Shown one piece after another: positions 9,062 through 18,159 of a stretch of 27,610 nucleotides of DNA (its first letter is position 1; the number at the start of each line of letters is the position of its first letter). A program made the position numbers and the translations under genes. The notes beneath the pieces are model-generated. The model ran no database searches. It was not told where the DNA came from and was given only the letters and a program-made list of their open reading frames with translations. Source of the DNA: Fidelibacterota bacterium (GTDB lineage Bacteria; Fidelibacterota; Marinisomatia; Marinisomatales; Marinisomataceae); assembly GCA_018672235.1 (NCBI GenBank), contig JABHGE010000030.1, positions 1 to 27,610 of the forward strand. Direction: 5' to 3'.

Positions 9062-10046
9062 TTTTTTTCAATCTTTTTTCTAATAATTCTAGTCTTGTAA
9101 ATACTGCATCTCTCTTTTGTTTTTCCTTGATAGGTCGAGCAGGATTTCCAGCATACATTTCTCCTCCATTTAAAGATTTTAATACACAAGAACGTGCAGC
9201 CAAAATTGATTCTTCTCCTAATACAATATGAGGTCCAATATCAGACTTTCCACCTATCATAGAATGAGCCTTAATTACTGTACTTCCTCCAACAAATACT
9301 CCACCTGCTAATAAACATCCTTGTTCAATCTTTACATTATGTGCAATATGTACCTGATTATCTAGTTTGCAATGGTCCCCAATAACAGTATTCTTTACAG
9401 AGCCTCTATCGATAGTGCAAGTTGCTCCCAACTCTACAAAATCGCCAATAACAACACTCTTGATATGGGGAATTTTATGATGGCCTTTATTAATGGTAGT
9501 AAATCCAAAGCCATCACTCCCAATAATAGATCCACTATGAATTAACGTATTATCTCCAATCACAACATCTTCATAAACAATTACATTGTCCTTTAAAGTA
9601 GAATTTGATCCAATAATAGCTCCAGAATTAATTTTTACGCCAGAGCCAATGATGGTATTGTCTCCAACAATAACATCTTTTCCAATTACAGCAAATGCAG
9701 CTATCCCCACATTTTTTCCTAAAGATGCTGAATCAGCAATAGCTGTCTGATTGTGGATTATATTTTCTTTAGGTGTCTTTTTAGAAAATAATTCTAGTAC
9801 TGCAATCATAGCTAAATATGGATTTTTAACGACAACGCCAGGGCGTTGCTGTAAATCTTCTTTGCTTGTAACAATAAAAGCTGATGCTTCAGAAGATATA
9901 ATTCTGTTCTTATATTTTGGGAGAAAGGCAAATGATATTGATCCAGCAAGAGCTTCTTCAATATCGTCAACGCTAGTAATGATAATGGAACTATCGCCGA
10001 CTATTACACCTTTTACCTCTGAGGCAATTTGTTTAAGTGTAAACAA
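9036..10046 (-). CDS. lpxD: UDP-3-O-(3-hydroxyacyl)glucosamine N-acyltransferase
   Basis: TTG start; hexapeptide repeats; IGSDGFGF, TIDRG, KLDNQVHIAHNV and GNPARP motifs. Confidence 0.95.
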   Translation of the reverse strand: MFTLKQIASEVKGVIVGDSSIIITSVDDIEEALAGSISFAFLPKYKNRIISSEASAFIVTSKEDLQQRPGVVVKNPYLAMIAVLELFSKKTPKENIIHNQTAIADSASLGKNVGIAAFAVIGKDVIVGDNTIIGSGVKINSGAIIGSNSTLKDNVIVYEDVVIGDNTLIHSGSIIGSDGFGFTTINKGHHKIPHIKSVVIGDFVELGATCTIDRGSVKNTVIGDHCKLDNQVHIAHNVKIEQGCLLAGGVFVGGSTVIKAHSMIGGKSDIGPHIVLGEESILAARSCVLKSLNGGEMYAGNPARPIKEKQKRDAVFTRLELLEKRLKKNDKKTKNN

Positions 10047-10060
10047 TAGAAAGCTCTATA

Positions 10061-10567
10061 TTATTCTTTTGATTTTCTTAATTCGTAAAGAACGTCATCT
10101 GTCAAATCATGTGTTGGCTTAGTATAGAGAGATGCTTGAGACCCATCCATAATAATATCATAACCTTTTGATATGGCTACAACATCAACAGCTGCTTTAA
10201 ACTTCTGAACTAAATCAAACTCTAATTGTTGCTGCTTTCTAGTAAGCTCTCCATTTGGACCAACTTTTGCTTGTTGGTAGCTTTGCATAGCGTTATTCAT
10301 GTCTACGATATCTTGCTCTTTAGCCTTTTTTAACTCTTCTGACATCATAAGACTTTGTTGTTCATACTCTTTTACCATGCTGTCAAGTTCGGTAGCCATT
10401 GTTTGATACTCTTTTTGAATGACTTGTAGGTCAAGTTGTAATTGTTGTTCTACTTCTTTGAACTCTTCAAAATCAAGTCTAATTTTTTCTGAAAAAACTA
10501 CACCAATTTTCTCTTGAGCAAATGATACTCCAATTAATAATAATAACATCACTATTTTTTTATACAC
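10061..10567 (-). CDS. skp: Periplasmic chaperone Skp/OmpH
   Basis: GTG start at 10567 with GGAG SD; signal peptide ending SFA-QEKIG; long coiled coil; GYDIIMD...DLTDDVL tail; lies between bamA and lpxD. Confidence 0.9.
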   Translation of the reverse strand: MYKKIVMLLLLIGVSFAQEKIGVVFSEKIRLDFEEFKEVEQQLQLDLQVIQKEYQTMATELDSMVKEYEQQSLMMSEELKKAKEQDIVDMNNAMQSYQQAKVGPNGELTRKQQQLEFDLVQKFKAAVDVVAISKGYDIIMDGSQASLYTKPTHDLTDDVLYELRKSKE

Positions 10568-10580
10568 TTTATTCTCTCCT

Positions 10581-12959
10581 TTAGTACGTTTGTCCAAATG
10601 TGATAGTATATTCCCACCCTTGTGGATTACCATCACCATTAATATCGTCAAATCCATATCCCATATCAAATCCTAATTTACCAATACCTGGCATAAAAAA
10701 CCTAACACCAACACCGGCAGATTTTTTCATAGAAAGAGGGCCATTTCTATCTATATAAAACGGCTCAGACATTTTTGAACTATTCCATACATTCCCCATT
10801 TCTCCAAAAGCCATTACATATATTACAGGATTTTCTGATAATGGGAATCTTAATTCAGTTGTTACTTTACCCATTGAGCTTCCTCCAACAGCTTGTCCAG
10901 AGGCTGTTTGTGGTCCAATAGAATTATCTGGATATCCTCTTAAAGCATTACCATAAGGGATTCCATTTCCTCCCATAATAAATCTTTCATCAAATGGAAC
11001 AAAGCTTTGTATATCATCTCCCACATCTAACGTTTTAATAACACCTAATTTGAAAGAGTTATATAATACAACTTTAGAGAAAGTGGGTGTAAACCAATTT
11101 AAATCTAAGATATGCTTTTGAAAGTTTTCATTTCCTCCCAAAAATCCGCCTGAATATGTATTTTCAAGTTGGAATCGAGATCCTGCAGTAGGAAATTCTG
11201 CTCTATTTCTACTATCTCTAGAAAGCATTTGAGAAAAACTAATTCCTCGGGTTGTATCTAGTCCACCAATATATTGATCAATATCTGCTTGTGTCCCTTG
11301 ATATTGTTTTTCCATAATTTTTGCAGACCACATGACTCTAAAGAAGTCATCTGGCCATTCCAATCTTCTACCAAAACTTGCTACTGCACCTGCTACTGTG
11401 AAATCTAAAGGAAAATAATAATTCGTAGAAGAACCTCTATAGGAATAAAATACTGAAGCTCCTACTAGATACGGGCTATCATTAATCATAGGATCTTGAA
11501 AACTAATATTTAAAGATCTATACTTTGAAGGCTCTTGATTAGAGTATAAAGAAAAATTAGTCCCAGTACTCAGACCAACGTTAAATTTCTGGCCTCTTCC
11601 CATAAAATTATCAAATTCTACTCCCGCTCCACCTGTGATACCGTACTCACCAGTGAATCCAAGATTTGCATTAATTCTTTGTGTTGATTTTTTTTCTTGA
11701 ACAACAAAGTCTAGATTAACTTTGTCTTCTGATATCGGGTTAACATCAGGCACTACATTATCAAAATAATTTAAAATCCATATATCACGCTGACTACGCA
11801 TTAATTTAGATTTATTGAATACATCTCCAGGGAATAGTTTTAATTCGCGCCTAATAACATTTTCTCTAGTTTTGTCATTTCCTGATACAAAAATATTTTC
11901 TATATAGACCTTACTACCTTCATTAAATACAAAATTAATATCTAAAGAATCAGATCCAAATGGAACAATTTCAGGATTAACGCTACTGAAAATATATCCC
12001 TTGTCTTGATATACGCTCATCATATTTTCATAGACAAGTTTATCAAAATCTTCTTTTGAGTAAATATCGCCTTTTTCAATCTTTAGTAATTGCTTAAGAA
12101 CAGATTCCTCTGCGATTTCATTACCTTCAAATGTAATGTTGCGATAATGGTACTGCTCTCCTTCTGCAACAGATAGTACTAATGTCAGCTCAGAATTTTC
12201 TCTATCAACTACAAGGCTATCGCTTATGACCTGAAAGTCTCTATACCCTTCATTTTGATAAAAAAGTGCTAGGGTCTTTTTATCTTCTTCAAATGTTTTT
12301 TCATCAAAACTTTTAACCCAGAAAGCCCACCATTTTCTTTCTTTAGTATCAGTTAATTCTTTTTTCAATTTACGTGCTGAAAAATTGTCATTACCAACAA
12401 ATTCTATATTTTTTAATCTAAATTTTTCATTTTCTTGAACAGAAAAAATGACATCTCTTGCATAACCTGTACGTACCAAGGTGTCTGTTGGGACTTCTAT
12501 CCTAGCATCGACTTCTACATCAAAATATCCATCTTCTTTATAAATTTCGGTTATCTTTTTTGCCGCAGCATCCAATGAGTTTGGACGAATTCTTTGTCCC
12601 ATTCTTAGCTCAATTTTTTCTGTAAATCTTGACTCTCTAGCAGAAATACCCTCAAATAAAACTTTGTTTAATGTAGGACTTTCCTCCACCTTTATAGTAA
12701 TTTCAACCCCATATTCAGAGTCGTTGTTAAGAGTAATATCAATATCATTGAACAGACCTAAATCCCATAGTCTTGTTAGTGCAGTGGAAATATCTGATCT
12801 TTGAATCTGCGTCCCATCTCGTAAGCCCGCAGAATATTTAATCATCTTATCTGATGTGGTAGTATTCCCTTCAATATTTACACGGTAAAGCGTTACTTCT
12901 TGTGCATATAAAATATTCACAAAAAATAGTAAGGCTATTGTTATATATATATTTTTCAT
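10581..12959 (-). CDS. bamA: Outer membrane protein assembly factor BamA
   Basis: Signal peptide; POTRA repeats (IEGN, FVGN, FEGN, VSGNDKTRENVIRRE); NFMGRGQ; LRGY loop-6 motif; SAGVGVRF...GFDMGYG barrel end. Confidence 0.96.
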   Translation of the reverse strand: MKNIYITIALLFFVNILYAQEVTLYRVNIEGNTTTSDKMIKYSAGLRDGTQIQRSDISTALTRLWDLGLFNDIDITLNNDSEYGVEITIKVEESPTLNKVLFEGISARESRFTEKIELRMGQRIRPNSLDAAAKKITEIYKEDGYFDVEVDARIEVPTDTLVRTGYARDVIFSVQENEKFRLKNIEFVGNDNFSARKLKKELTDTKERKWWAFWVKSFDEKTFEEDKKTLALFYQNEGYRDFQVISDSLVVDRENSELTLVLSVAEGEQYHYRNITFEGNEIAEESVLKQLLKIEKGDIYSKEDFDKLVYENMMSVYQDKGYIFSSVNPEIVPFGSDSLDINFVFNEGSKVYIENIFVSGNDKTRENVIRRELKLFPGDVFNKSKLMRSQRDIWILNYFDNVVPDVNPISEDKVNLDFVVQEKKSTQRINANLGFTGEYGITGGAGVEFDNFMGRGQKFNVGLSTGTNFSLYSNQEPSKYRSLNISFQDPMINDSPYLVGASVFYSYRGSSTNYYFPLDFTVAGAVASFGRRLEWPDDFFRVMWSAKIMEKQYQGTQADIDQYIGGLDTTRGISFSQMLSRDSRNRAEFPTAGSRFQLENTYSGGFLGGNENFQKHILDLNWFTPTFSKVVLYNSFKLGVIKTLDVGDDIQSFVPFDERFIMGGNGIPYGNALRGYPDNSIGPQTASGQAVGGSSMGKVTTELRFPLSENPVIYVMAFGEMGNVWNSSKMSEPFYIDRNGPLSMKKSAGVGVRFFMPGIGKLGFDMGYGFDDINGDGNPQGWEYTITFGQTY

Positions 12960-12961
12960 AT

Positions 12962-13663
12962 TTAATCAGTTAATTTACCAAAAGTTCTGTTCCTATGGTT
13001 AAAATCTTCTAGCGCAGTCATTAAATCTTTTTCTTTAAAATCTGGCCAATTTTTTTTACTAATATACACCTCTGAATAAGCAGATTGCCATAATAAAAAA
13101 TTGCTTAATCTAAATTCTCCTCCCGTCCTAATTATTAAATCTGGATCAGGCATTTCAGGGAAATATAAGTGATTTTTTACAATCTCTTCATCTATTATTT
13201 TACTTTCTTTATTTTTCAGTATTTTGTTCATTGCATCTATAATTTCCTGCCTACCGCCATAACTCAATGCAAGAGATAAAACCAACCCAGTATTATTCTT
13301 TGTTCTTTCTACGGTATTGGAAACAATTTTTTGTACGCTTTTTGGTAAATCCTCTACCCTTCCAACGACCCTAAAGACTATATTGTTCCTCTCTAATTCT
13401 TTAATTTCATTATTCAACATTCCACTCAACAAAGCCATTAAACTGTCTACTTCAAATTGTGGGCGATCCCAATTTTCTGTTGAAAACGTATAAAGAGTAA
13501 GGTATTTGATATTTAAATTAGAACAAGTCTCAATAATTTTTTTGGCAGACTTAGCTCCTTCTTTGTGCCCAACTATACGATCTAAATTTTTATCCTTTGC
13601 CCACCTTCCATTTCCATCCATGATAATAGCAAGATGCTTGAGGTTGGTTAAGGACGGTGTCAT
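12962..13663 (-). CDS. uppS: Undecaprenyl diphosphate synthase (cis-prenyltransferase)
   Basis: HLAIIMDGNGRWA, FSTENWDRP, SYGGRQEI and DLIIRTGGEFRLSNFLLWQ motifs. Confidence 0.97.
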   Translation of the reverse strand: MTPSLTNLKHLAIIMDGNGRWAKDKNLDRIVGHKEGAKSAKKIIETCSNLNIKYLTLYTFSTENWDRPQFEVDSLMALLSGMLNNEIKELERNNIVFRVVGRVEDLPKSVQKIVSNTVERTKNNTGLVLSLALSYGGRQEIIDAMNKILKNKESKIIDEEIVKNHLYFPEMPDPDLIIRTGGEFRLSNFLLWQSAYSEVYISKKNWPDFKEKDLMTALEDFNHRNRTFGKLTD

Positions 13664-14763
13664 ATTGAAGCTATTTGTTCAGCTAATTTTAAAAAAATTT
13701 GTGATACGGGAGATTCTTTATCATAAAAAACAAGCGGCTCACCATTATCAATTGATTCCATCAATTTATGTGAATAGGGTACTTCTGCTAACAAAGGAAT
13801 ATCAAGCCTGGTACTCTCCGTTTGGCCTCCTCCATGTTTAAATAAATCAAATTTTAAATTGAACTTACCATCTTCGTTGGTTGTTACTTTCTGGCCATTA
13901 ATAATGATATCTGAATTTTTATTTCCAGGAGTTTCTCCTGAAATTTCCATATAAGACATATTTTCTATAACTCCTAATAGCTCGGTATCTACTTTCTTAA
14001 ACATGTCAGCGCCTTTTCTAACATCTGTTAACGCGATATCGTTTGGTGTGGTAACAATAATAGCTCCATCTAGTGGAATTTTTTGAGATAGAGTAAGTTG
14101 AACATCTCCTGTTCCTGGAGGTAAATCAAGAATTAAATAGTCTAAATCTCCCCAATTGACATCTTTGAAAAATTGTTCTGTCATTTTAGCTACCAATGGC
14201 CCTCGCCATACTACCGGAGCTTGGTTGCCACTAATAAAGCCAAAACTCATGAGCTTTAAATTGTGTTTTTCTAGAGGAATAATTTTTTGGTTTTCGTCTA
14301 CTTCTGGGTTTCCTTGAATCCCCATAGTAAGAGGAAGGGAAGGTCCATATATATCCAAATCAAGTAGTCCAGTTTTGTGTCCATTACTTGTTAAGGCTGC
14401 AGCTAAATTAAGTGCAATGGTAGATTTACCTACGCCGCCCTTACCACTAGCTACTGCAATAATTTTTGTAATATTTCCCTCTACATTTTGATGCTTATTT
14501 GAGGTATCTACTTGCTTAGTCTCAACTGGACGATCCAATACTTTGATTTTAATTTCAAAACCTTCAGCAATAATAGTTTTATCTATATCTTTAATGAGTT
14601 GCGTTTTTTTTTCTTCATTTTGAGAAGAAATAGAAAGCATAATAGTGATAGTTTGATGATCAATCAGGATTTCTTTAACCATCCCGAATGAAACGATATC
14701 TCGATTGAAGCCAGGATAATTTACTGACTTTAGTTGATGTAATATTTGATTTTTATTTATCAT
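13660..14763 (-). CDS. mrp: Mrp/ApbC/NBP35-family P-loop ATPase (cysteine-free variant)
   Basis: N-terminal DUF59-like segment (YPGFNRDIVSFG); SGKGGVGKST, DIYGPS, WRGP, DLPPGTGD, VTTP and ENMS motifs. Confidence 0.9.
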   Translation of the reverse strand: MINKNQILHQLKSVNYPGFNRDIVSFGMVKEILIDHQTITIMLSISSQNEEKKTQLIKDIDKTIIAEGFEIKIKVLDRPVETKQVDTSNKHQNVEGNITKIIAVASGKGGVGKSTIALNLAAALTSNGHKTGLLDLDIYGPSLPLTMGIQGNPEVDENQKIIPLEKHNLKLMSFGFISGNQAPVVWRGPLVAKMTEQFFKDVNWGDLDYLILDLPPGTGDVQLTLSQKIPLDGAIIVTTPNDIALTDVRKGADMFKKVDTELLGVIENMSYMEISGETPGNKNSDIIINGQKVTTNEDGKFNLKFDLFKHGGGQTESTRLDIPLLAEVPYSHKLMESIDNGEPLVFYDKESPVSQIFLKLAEQIASI

Positions 14764-14818
14764 ATAATAAAGGAAGTTAAAAATAGAAAAGACTTCTATA
14801 AAATGTTATATAAATCTA

Positions 14819-15118
14819 TCAGGGAGCTTCTTGGCCGAAAAACTTATAATTACTGGTAATAGATGACTCATATTCTTCCGGTATTTCATCTTCATCGTAG
14901 ATAGCATCTACTGGACATTCAGGTTCGCAGGCTCCACAATCAATACACTCTTCTGGATTAATAAATAGTTGTTTTGATGTAGCATCAAAATCAGGAGCTT
15001 TTGCCTCCTCGCCTGATCCCTCTGGATCATTTGGGCCATGTATGCAGTCTACGGGGCATACTTCGATACAAGCAGTATCGCATGTACCTACACATGGGTC
15101 TGTAATTATATATGTCAT
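14819..15118 (-). CDS. Dicluster (7Fe/FdI-type) ferredoxin with acidic insertion
   Basis: C9-x3-C13-x3-C17-x3-C21P, C25, and C58-x2-C61-x2-C64-x3-C68P; acidic C-terminal extension typical of the FdI/FdxA family. Confidence 0.93.
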   Translation of the reverse strand: MTYIITDPCVGTCDTACIEVCPVDCIHGPNDPEGSGEEAKAPDFDATSKQLFINPEECIDCGACEPECPVDAIYDEDEIPEEYESSITSNYKFFGQEAP

Positions 15119-15153
15119 AAATATTCTTTATTTTCTTCGTTGCTAGAGTACAT

Positions 15154-15182
15154 ATTATACGTAGTTTCGTGTTCAAAATCAA
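15154..15182 (-). promoter_or_regulatory. Candidate sigma70 promoter for the ferredoxin-mrp-uppS-bamA-lpx operon
   Basis: Minus strand reads TTGATT (15182-15177), a 17-nt spacer, then TATAAT (15159-15154), 35 nt upstream of the ferredoxin ATG. Confidence 0.6.
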
Positions 15183-15186
15183 CCCT

Positions 15187-16383
15187 ATGAAAAAACAAAA
15201 AAAAGTAAATATATTCTTATGGACCGTACCTTTAGTTAACTCTATTGCGAGATCTATTTATGATGTTGCATTTATATGGCTCATATTAGATATGACTAAT
15301 TCTGAAAAAATTACAGGGTTTGTTGCAATGACTACTTATTTCCCTGCAATTATTTTTGGATTATTTATTGGATCTATTGTAGATCTTTTCCCTAAAACTA
15401 AGATGATTTCTTTTGTTACTATTATGCAAGGATTGGTTTTATTGTGTATTCCTTTATTGTTTTTTTATAATATTGAATCTGTATGGCTTATTATGTTATT
15501 AGCCTTCTTTCATAATGGATTTGGGTTACCTTTAGTTCCGGCATTTAATGCCTATTTACCTACACAGATTAAAAAAGAAAATCTTCTCAAAGCAAACTCT
15601 ATTGTAAATATTTCATGGCAAACTGCTGTATTAATTGGTCCAATTATTGCAGCGCAATTACTCACATTTTACCCAGTAGAAAATTTATTCTATTTTTGTG
15701 TTTTCTTTTATTTTTTTGCTGCTGCACTTAGTACTATTGCTCCTATTGATACTGTAGAAAAAGAAGAAATTAATGCTAAAAAAATAATAGAAAAAACTAG
15801 AGAAGGTCTTCAATACTTAAAAGAAAGGGCTATCCTTCGCGTTATTATCATTTTAACATTATTAAGTAATTTATTTGTTATGGGCCCTGCAATAATAGGC
15901 ATTCCAATTTTAGTTAAGCTTTATCTTGGGGGAGACGCATCTGACTTTGCTTTAGTAGAAGCATATCTTGGTCTTGGGATGTTATTAGGCACAACTATGG
16001 TATATGGAATAGGAGGTCGCGTTACCCATGGTTTATTGTTTTTGCTAGGATTGTTTATTGATGGTGCAAGTTTTTGTTTATACTATTTTGTAGAAAGTAT
16101 GGAGCAGCTTAATTTTTTCTCAATTTTACATGGTGTTGGCATACCATTTTTAATCATATCTCGTGTTTCTATTATGCAAAAACATATACCAGAAAAAATG
16201 TTGGGAAGAATTTTTGCTATCATCTCTATATCTATCCTTAGCATGACTGCAGTATCTAGTGGAATGATTGGAGTAATGGCAGAGTTTTTTGCAATTAAGA
16301 CTATATTCTTAATCTTTGGTATACTCGCGGGAGCATGTGGAATAGCTGGTTTGATACATCCAAAAATTAAATACTTAAATTAA
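15187..16383 (+). CDS. MFS transporter (DHA3/MFS_3, MefA/EntS-like)
   Basis: About 12 hydrophobic segments; GSIVDLFPK (motif A variant), LIGPIIA, REGLQYL and IPEKMLGRIFA. ATG 15187 preferred over GTG 15169. Confidence 0.88.
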   Translation: MKKQKKVNIFLWTVPLVNSIARSIYDVAFIWLILDMTNSEKITGFVAMTTYFPAIIFGLFIGSIVDLFPKTKMISFVTIMQGLVLLCIPLLFFYNIESVWLIMLLAFFHNGFGLPLVPAFNAYLPTQIKKENLLKANSIVNISWQTAVLIGPIIAAQLLTFYPVENLFYFCVFFYFFAAALSTIAPIDTVEKEEINAKKIIEKTREGLQYLKERAILRVIIILTLLSNLFVMGPAIIGIPILVKLYLGGDASDFALVEAYLGLGMLLGTTMVYGIGGRVTHGLLFLLGLFIDGASFCLYYFVESMEQLNFFSILHGVGIPFLIISRVSIMQKHIPEKMLGRIFAIISISILSMTAVSSGMIGVMAEFFAIKTIFLIFGILAGACGIAGLIHPKIKYLN

Positions 16384-17102
16384 GATTGTATTAAATTGCC
16401 TATACGCTCTTTAGTGACATCTCTCAACTCTTCAACTGAAAGATTAGAATAGTCTTCTGCAGTAATCGGATCACCGAACATAAGAGTTAATCTACCTGGA
16501 TTTATTGTCCAACTTGTTCGCTTATTGGCTCTATAAGCTCCAATTAAACCAATAGGAACAATAGTTACATTAGTTGCTTTGGCAAAATGAAATCCACCTT
16601 TTTTAAATTCTCCCATTTCCCCAGTAATTGTACGCTGACCCTCAGGTGAAAGTACCATTGAATCTTTATCTTCTAGTAATATTTTTTCTGCTGCTTTTAG
16701 TGTCGCTTTTGCTTTACCTGTATTATCGTGTGTAATAGCATATGCGCCATATCGTTTTGCCATAAACCCAAATAATGGAATTTTAAACACACCCTCCCAA
16801 CCAATAGCGTTAATATAGTATGGAATAGCTCCAGCTAACATTAACACATCAAACATTGACTCATGATTAAACATGAACAAATATGGTCCATCTTTTTTGG
16901 GGGGTACCTTACCTTTTACGCTAAACCATTGCAATCCACTTAACATAATCACTCTAGCGCTGATTGGAACAAGTAAAGGATATGTATTTTTAGGATGTGT
17001 TATATAGCTGCAAATAATCACGGAAATAAGCATTAAAGCAAAGAGAGGGAAAAAGATTACAATAATGAAAAGGGATCGTATTTTTTTTAATATATTAATC
17101 AT
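16380..17102 (-). CDS. plsC: 1-acyl-sn-glycerol-3-phosphate acyltransferase
   Basis: NHESMFD (NHxxxxD), PEGQRT, FKKGGF and IVPI motifs; N-terminal TM. Confidence 0.88.
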   Translation of the reverse strand: MINILKKIRSLFIIVIFFPLFALMLISVIICSYITHPKNTYPLLVPISARVIMLSGLQWFSVKGKVPPKKDGPYLFMFNHESMFDVLMLAGAIPYYINAIGWEGVFKIPLFGFMAKRYGAYAITHDNTGKAKATLKAAEKILLEDKDSMVLSPEGQRTITGEMGEFKKGGFHFAKATNVTIVPIGLIGAYRANKRTSWTINPGRLTLMFGDPITAEDYSNLSVEELRDVTKERIGNLIQS

Positions 17103-17104
17103 AA

Positions 17105-18139
17105 TTATATATTTTTATTTAAGAGTTTTAACATTTTGTAGTTTGCTGTGGGCAAAGCAAACTTATTTAACCCCTTCATAGTAATCCATATATAATTTTC
17201 TTTAATTTTAAGAGAATTAATATTGTCAATATTGTGAGAGAACAATGATATATTAACTTTAAAATGGCTGTATTGGTGTTTGACTTCTCCAATATATTCT
17301 ACATTCTTAATTGATAGATTGGTTTCTTCTTTAATTTCTCGTATTACAGCATCCTTTTTTAATTCTCCTACTTCAATTTTTCCTCCTGGAAACTCCCACA
17401 ACCCTCCAAGCATTTTATTCATTGGTCGTTGCATAAGAAGTAGTTTCTTATTATAAAAAATAATACAAACCGCTACTTTGATTTCCGGAATAGGCTTACT
17501 CTTTTTTATTTCCGGATAGTCTAGAGGACTTTCTTTTGATGTAGCTTTACAATGACTAGCAATAGGACAAGGATCGCAATCGACTGCTTTTGCTTGACAA
17601 AAATTACTGCCTAAGTCCATTAATGCCTGATTAAAATCTCCTGGATTTGTTTGATCTTGTATCGTTTCAAGAAATTTTTTAACTCTATTATTATTAAACT
17701 TTGATTTCTTTTTTAATCCTAATAATCTAAAACCAATACGTTCTAAATTAGTATCTATCCCCACCTCAGGTTGATTAAATGCAATAGCCAGAATAGTTTT
17801 TGCCGTATATTCACCAATCCCTGGAAGCTTAATTAGTTCGTTAAATGTGTCTGGTAAGATTCTATCTAAAGCTCTTGCTGTTAAATGTATATTTTTACAT
17901 CGAGAATAATAACCTAATCCTTCCCAATGCTTTAATACATAATCATAGTCAGCATTTGCTAATGTCTGGATATCTGGAAAACTATTGATCCATTTTTTAT
18001 AATAAGGAATAACAGTGACTACTTGGGTTTGTTGTAACATGATTTCTGAAATCCAAATTTTATATGGATCTTTGGTAAGCCTCCAAGGAAGATTACGTTT
18101 ATTTTTTGAATACCAAGAAAGTAGCTGTGTTGAGAGCAT
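17105..18139 (-). CDS. mutY: A/G-specific adenine DNA glycosylase with C-terminal Nudix domain
   Basis: RNLPWR, WISEIMLQQT, WEGLGYYSR, HhH LPGIGEYTA, IDTN, and 4Fe-4S motif C-x6-C-x2-C-x5-C. Confidence 0.95.
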   Translation of the reverse strand: MLSTQLLSWYSKNKRNLPWRLTKDPYKIWISEIMLQQTQVVTVIPYYKKWINSFPDIQTLANADYDYVLKHWEGLGYYSRCKNIHLTARALDRILPDTFNELIKLPGIGEYTAKTILAIAFNQPEVGIDTNLERIGFRLLGLKKKSKFNNNRVKKFLETIQDQTNPGDFNQALMDLGSNFCQAKAVDCDPCPIASHCKATSKESPLDYPEIKKSKPIPEIKVAVCIIFYNKKLLLMQRPMNKMLGGLWEFPGGKIEVGELKKDAVIREIKEETNLSIKNVEYIGEVKHQYSHFKVNISLFSHNIDNINSLKIKENYIWITMKGLNKFALPTANYKMLKLLNKNI

Positions 18140-18159
18140 AGACTACATCTCTTCTATCG

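Noticed and set aside
2520..10669. Longer ORF-track starts for the lpxL-like gene (2520), tsaC (3407), dxr (6998) and skp (10669)
   Set aside because: The extensions overlap neighbouring genes and precede the family-typical N-termini. Downstream starts at 2595, 3431, 6929 and 10567 fit homology, SD or coupling better.
14783..14799. Inverted repeat ATAGAA-N5-TTCTAT between mrp and the ferredoxin (terminator or operator?)
   Set aside because: A 6-bp AT-rich stem is too weak and expected by chance at this base composition; no second copy was seen.
15187..17102. MFS plus acyltransferase as an LplT/Aas-like lysophospholipid recycling pair
   Set aside because: The genes are convergent rather than co-transcribed, the MFS looks DHA3-like, and there is no acyl-ACP synthetase domain.
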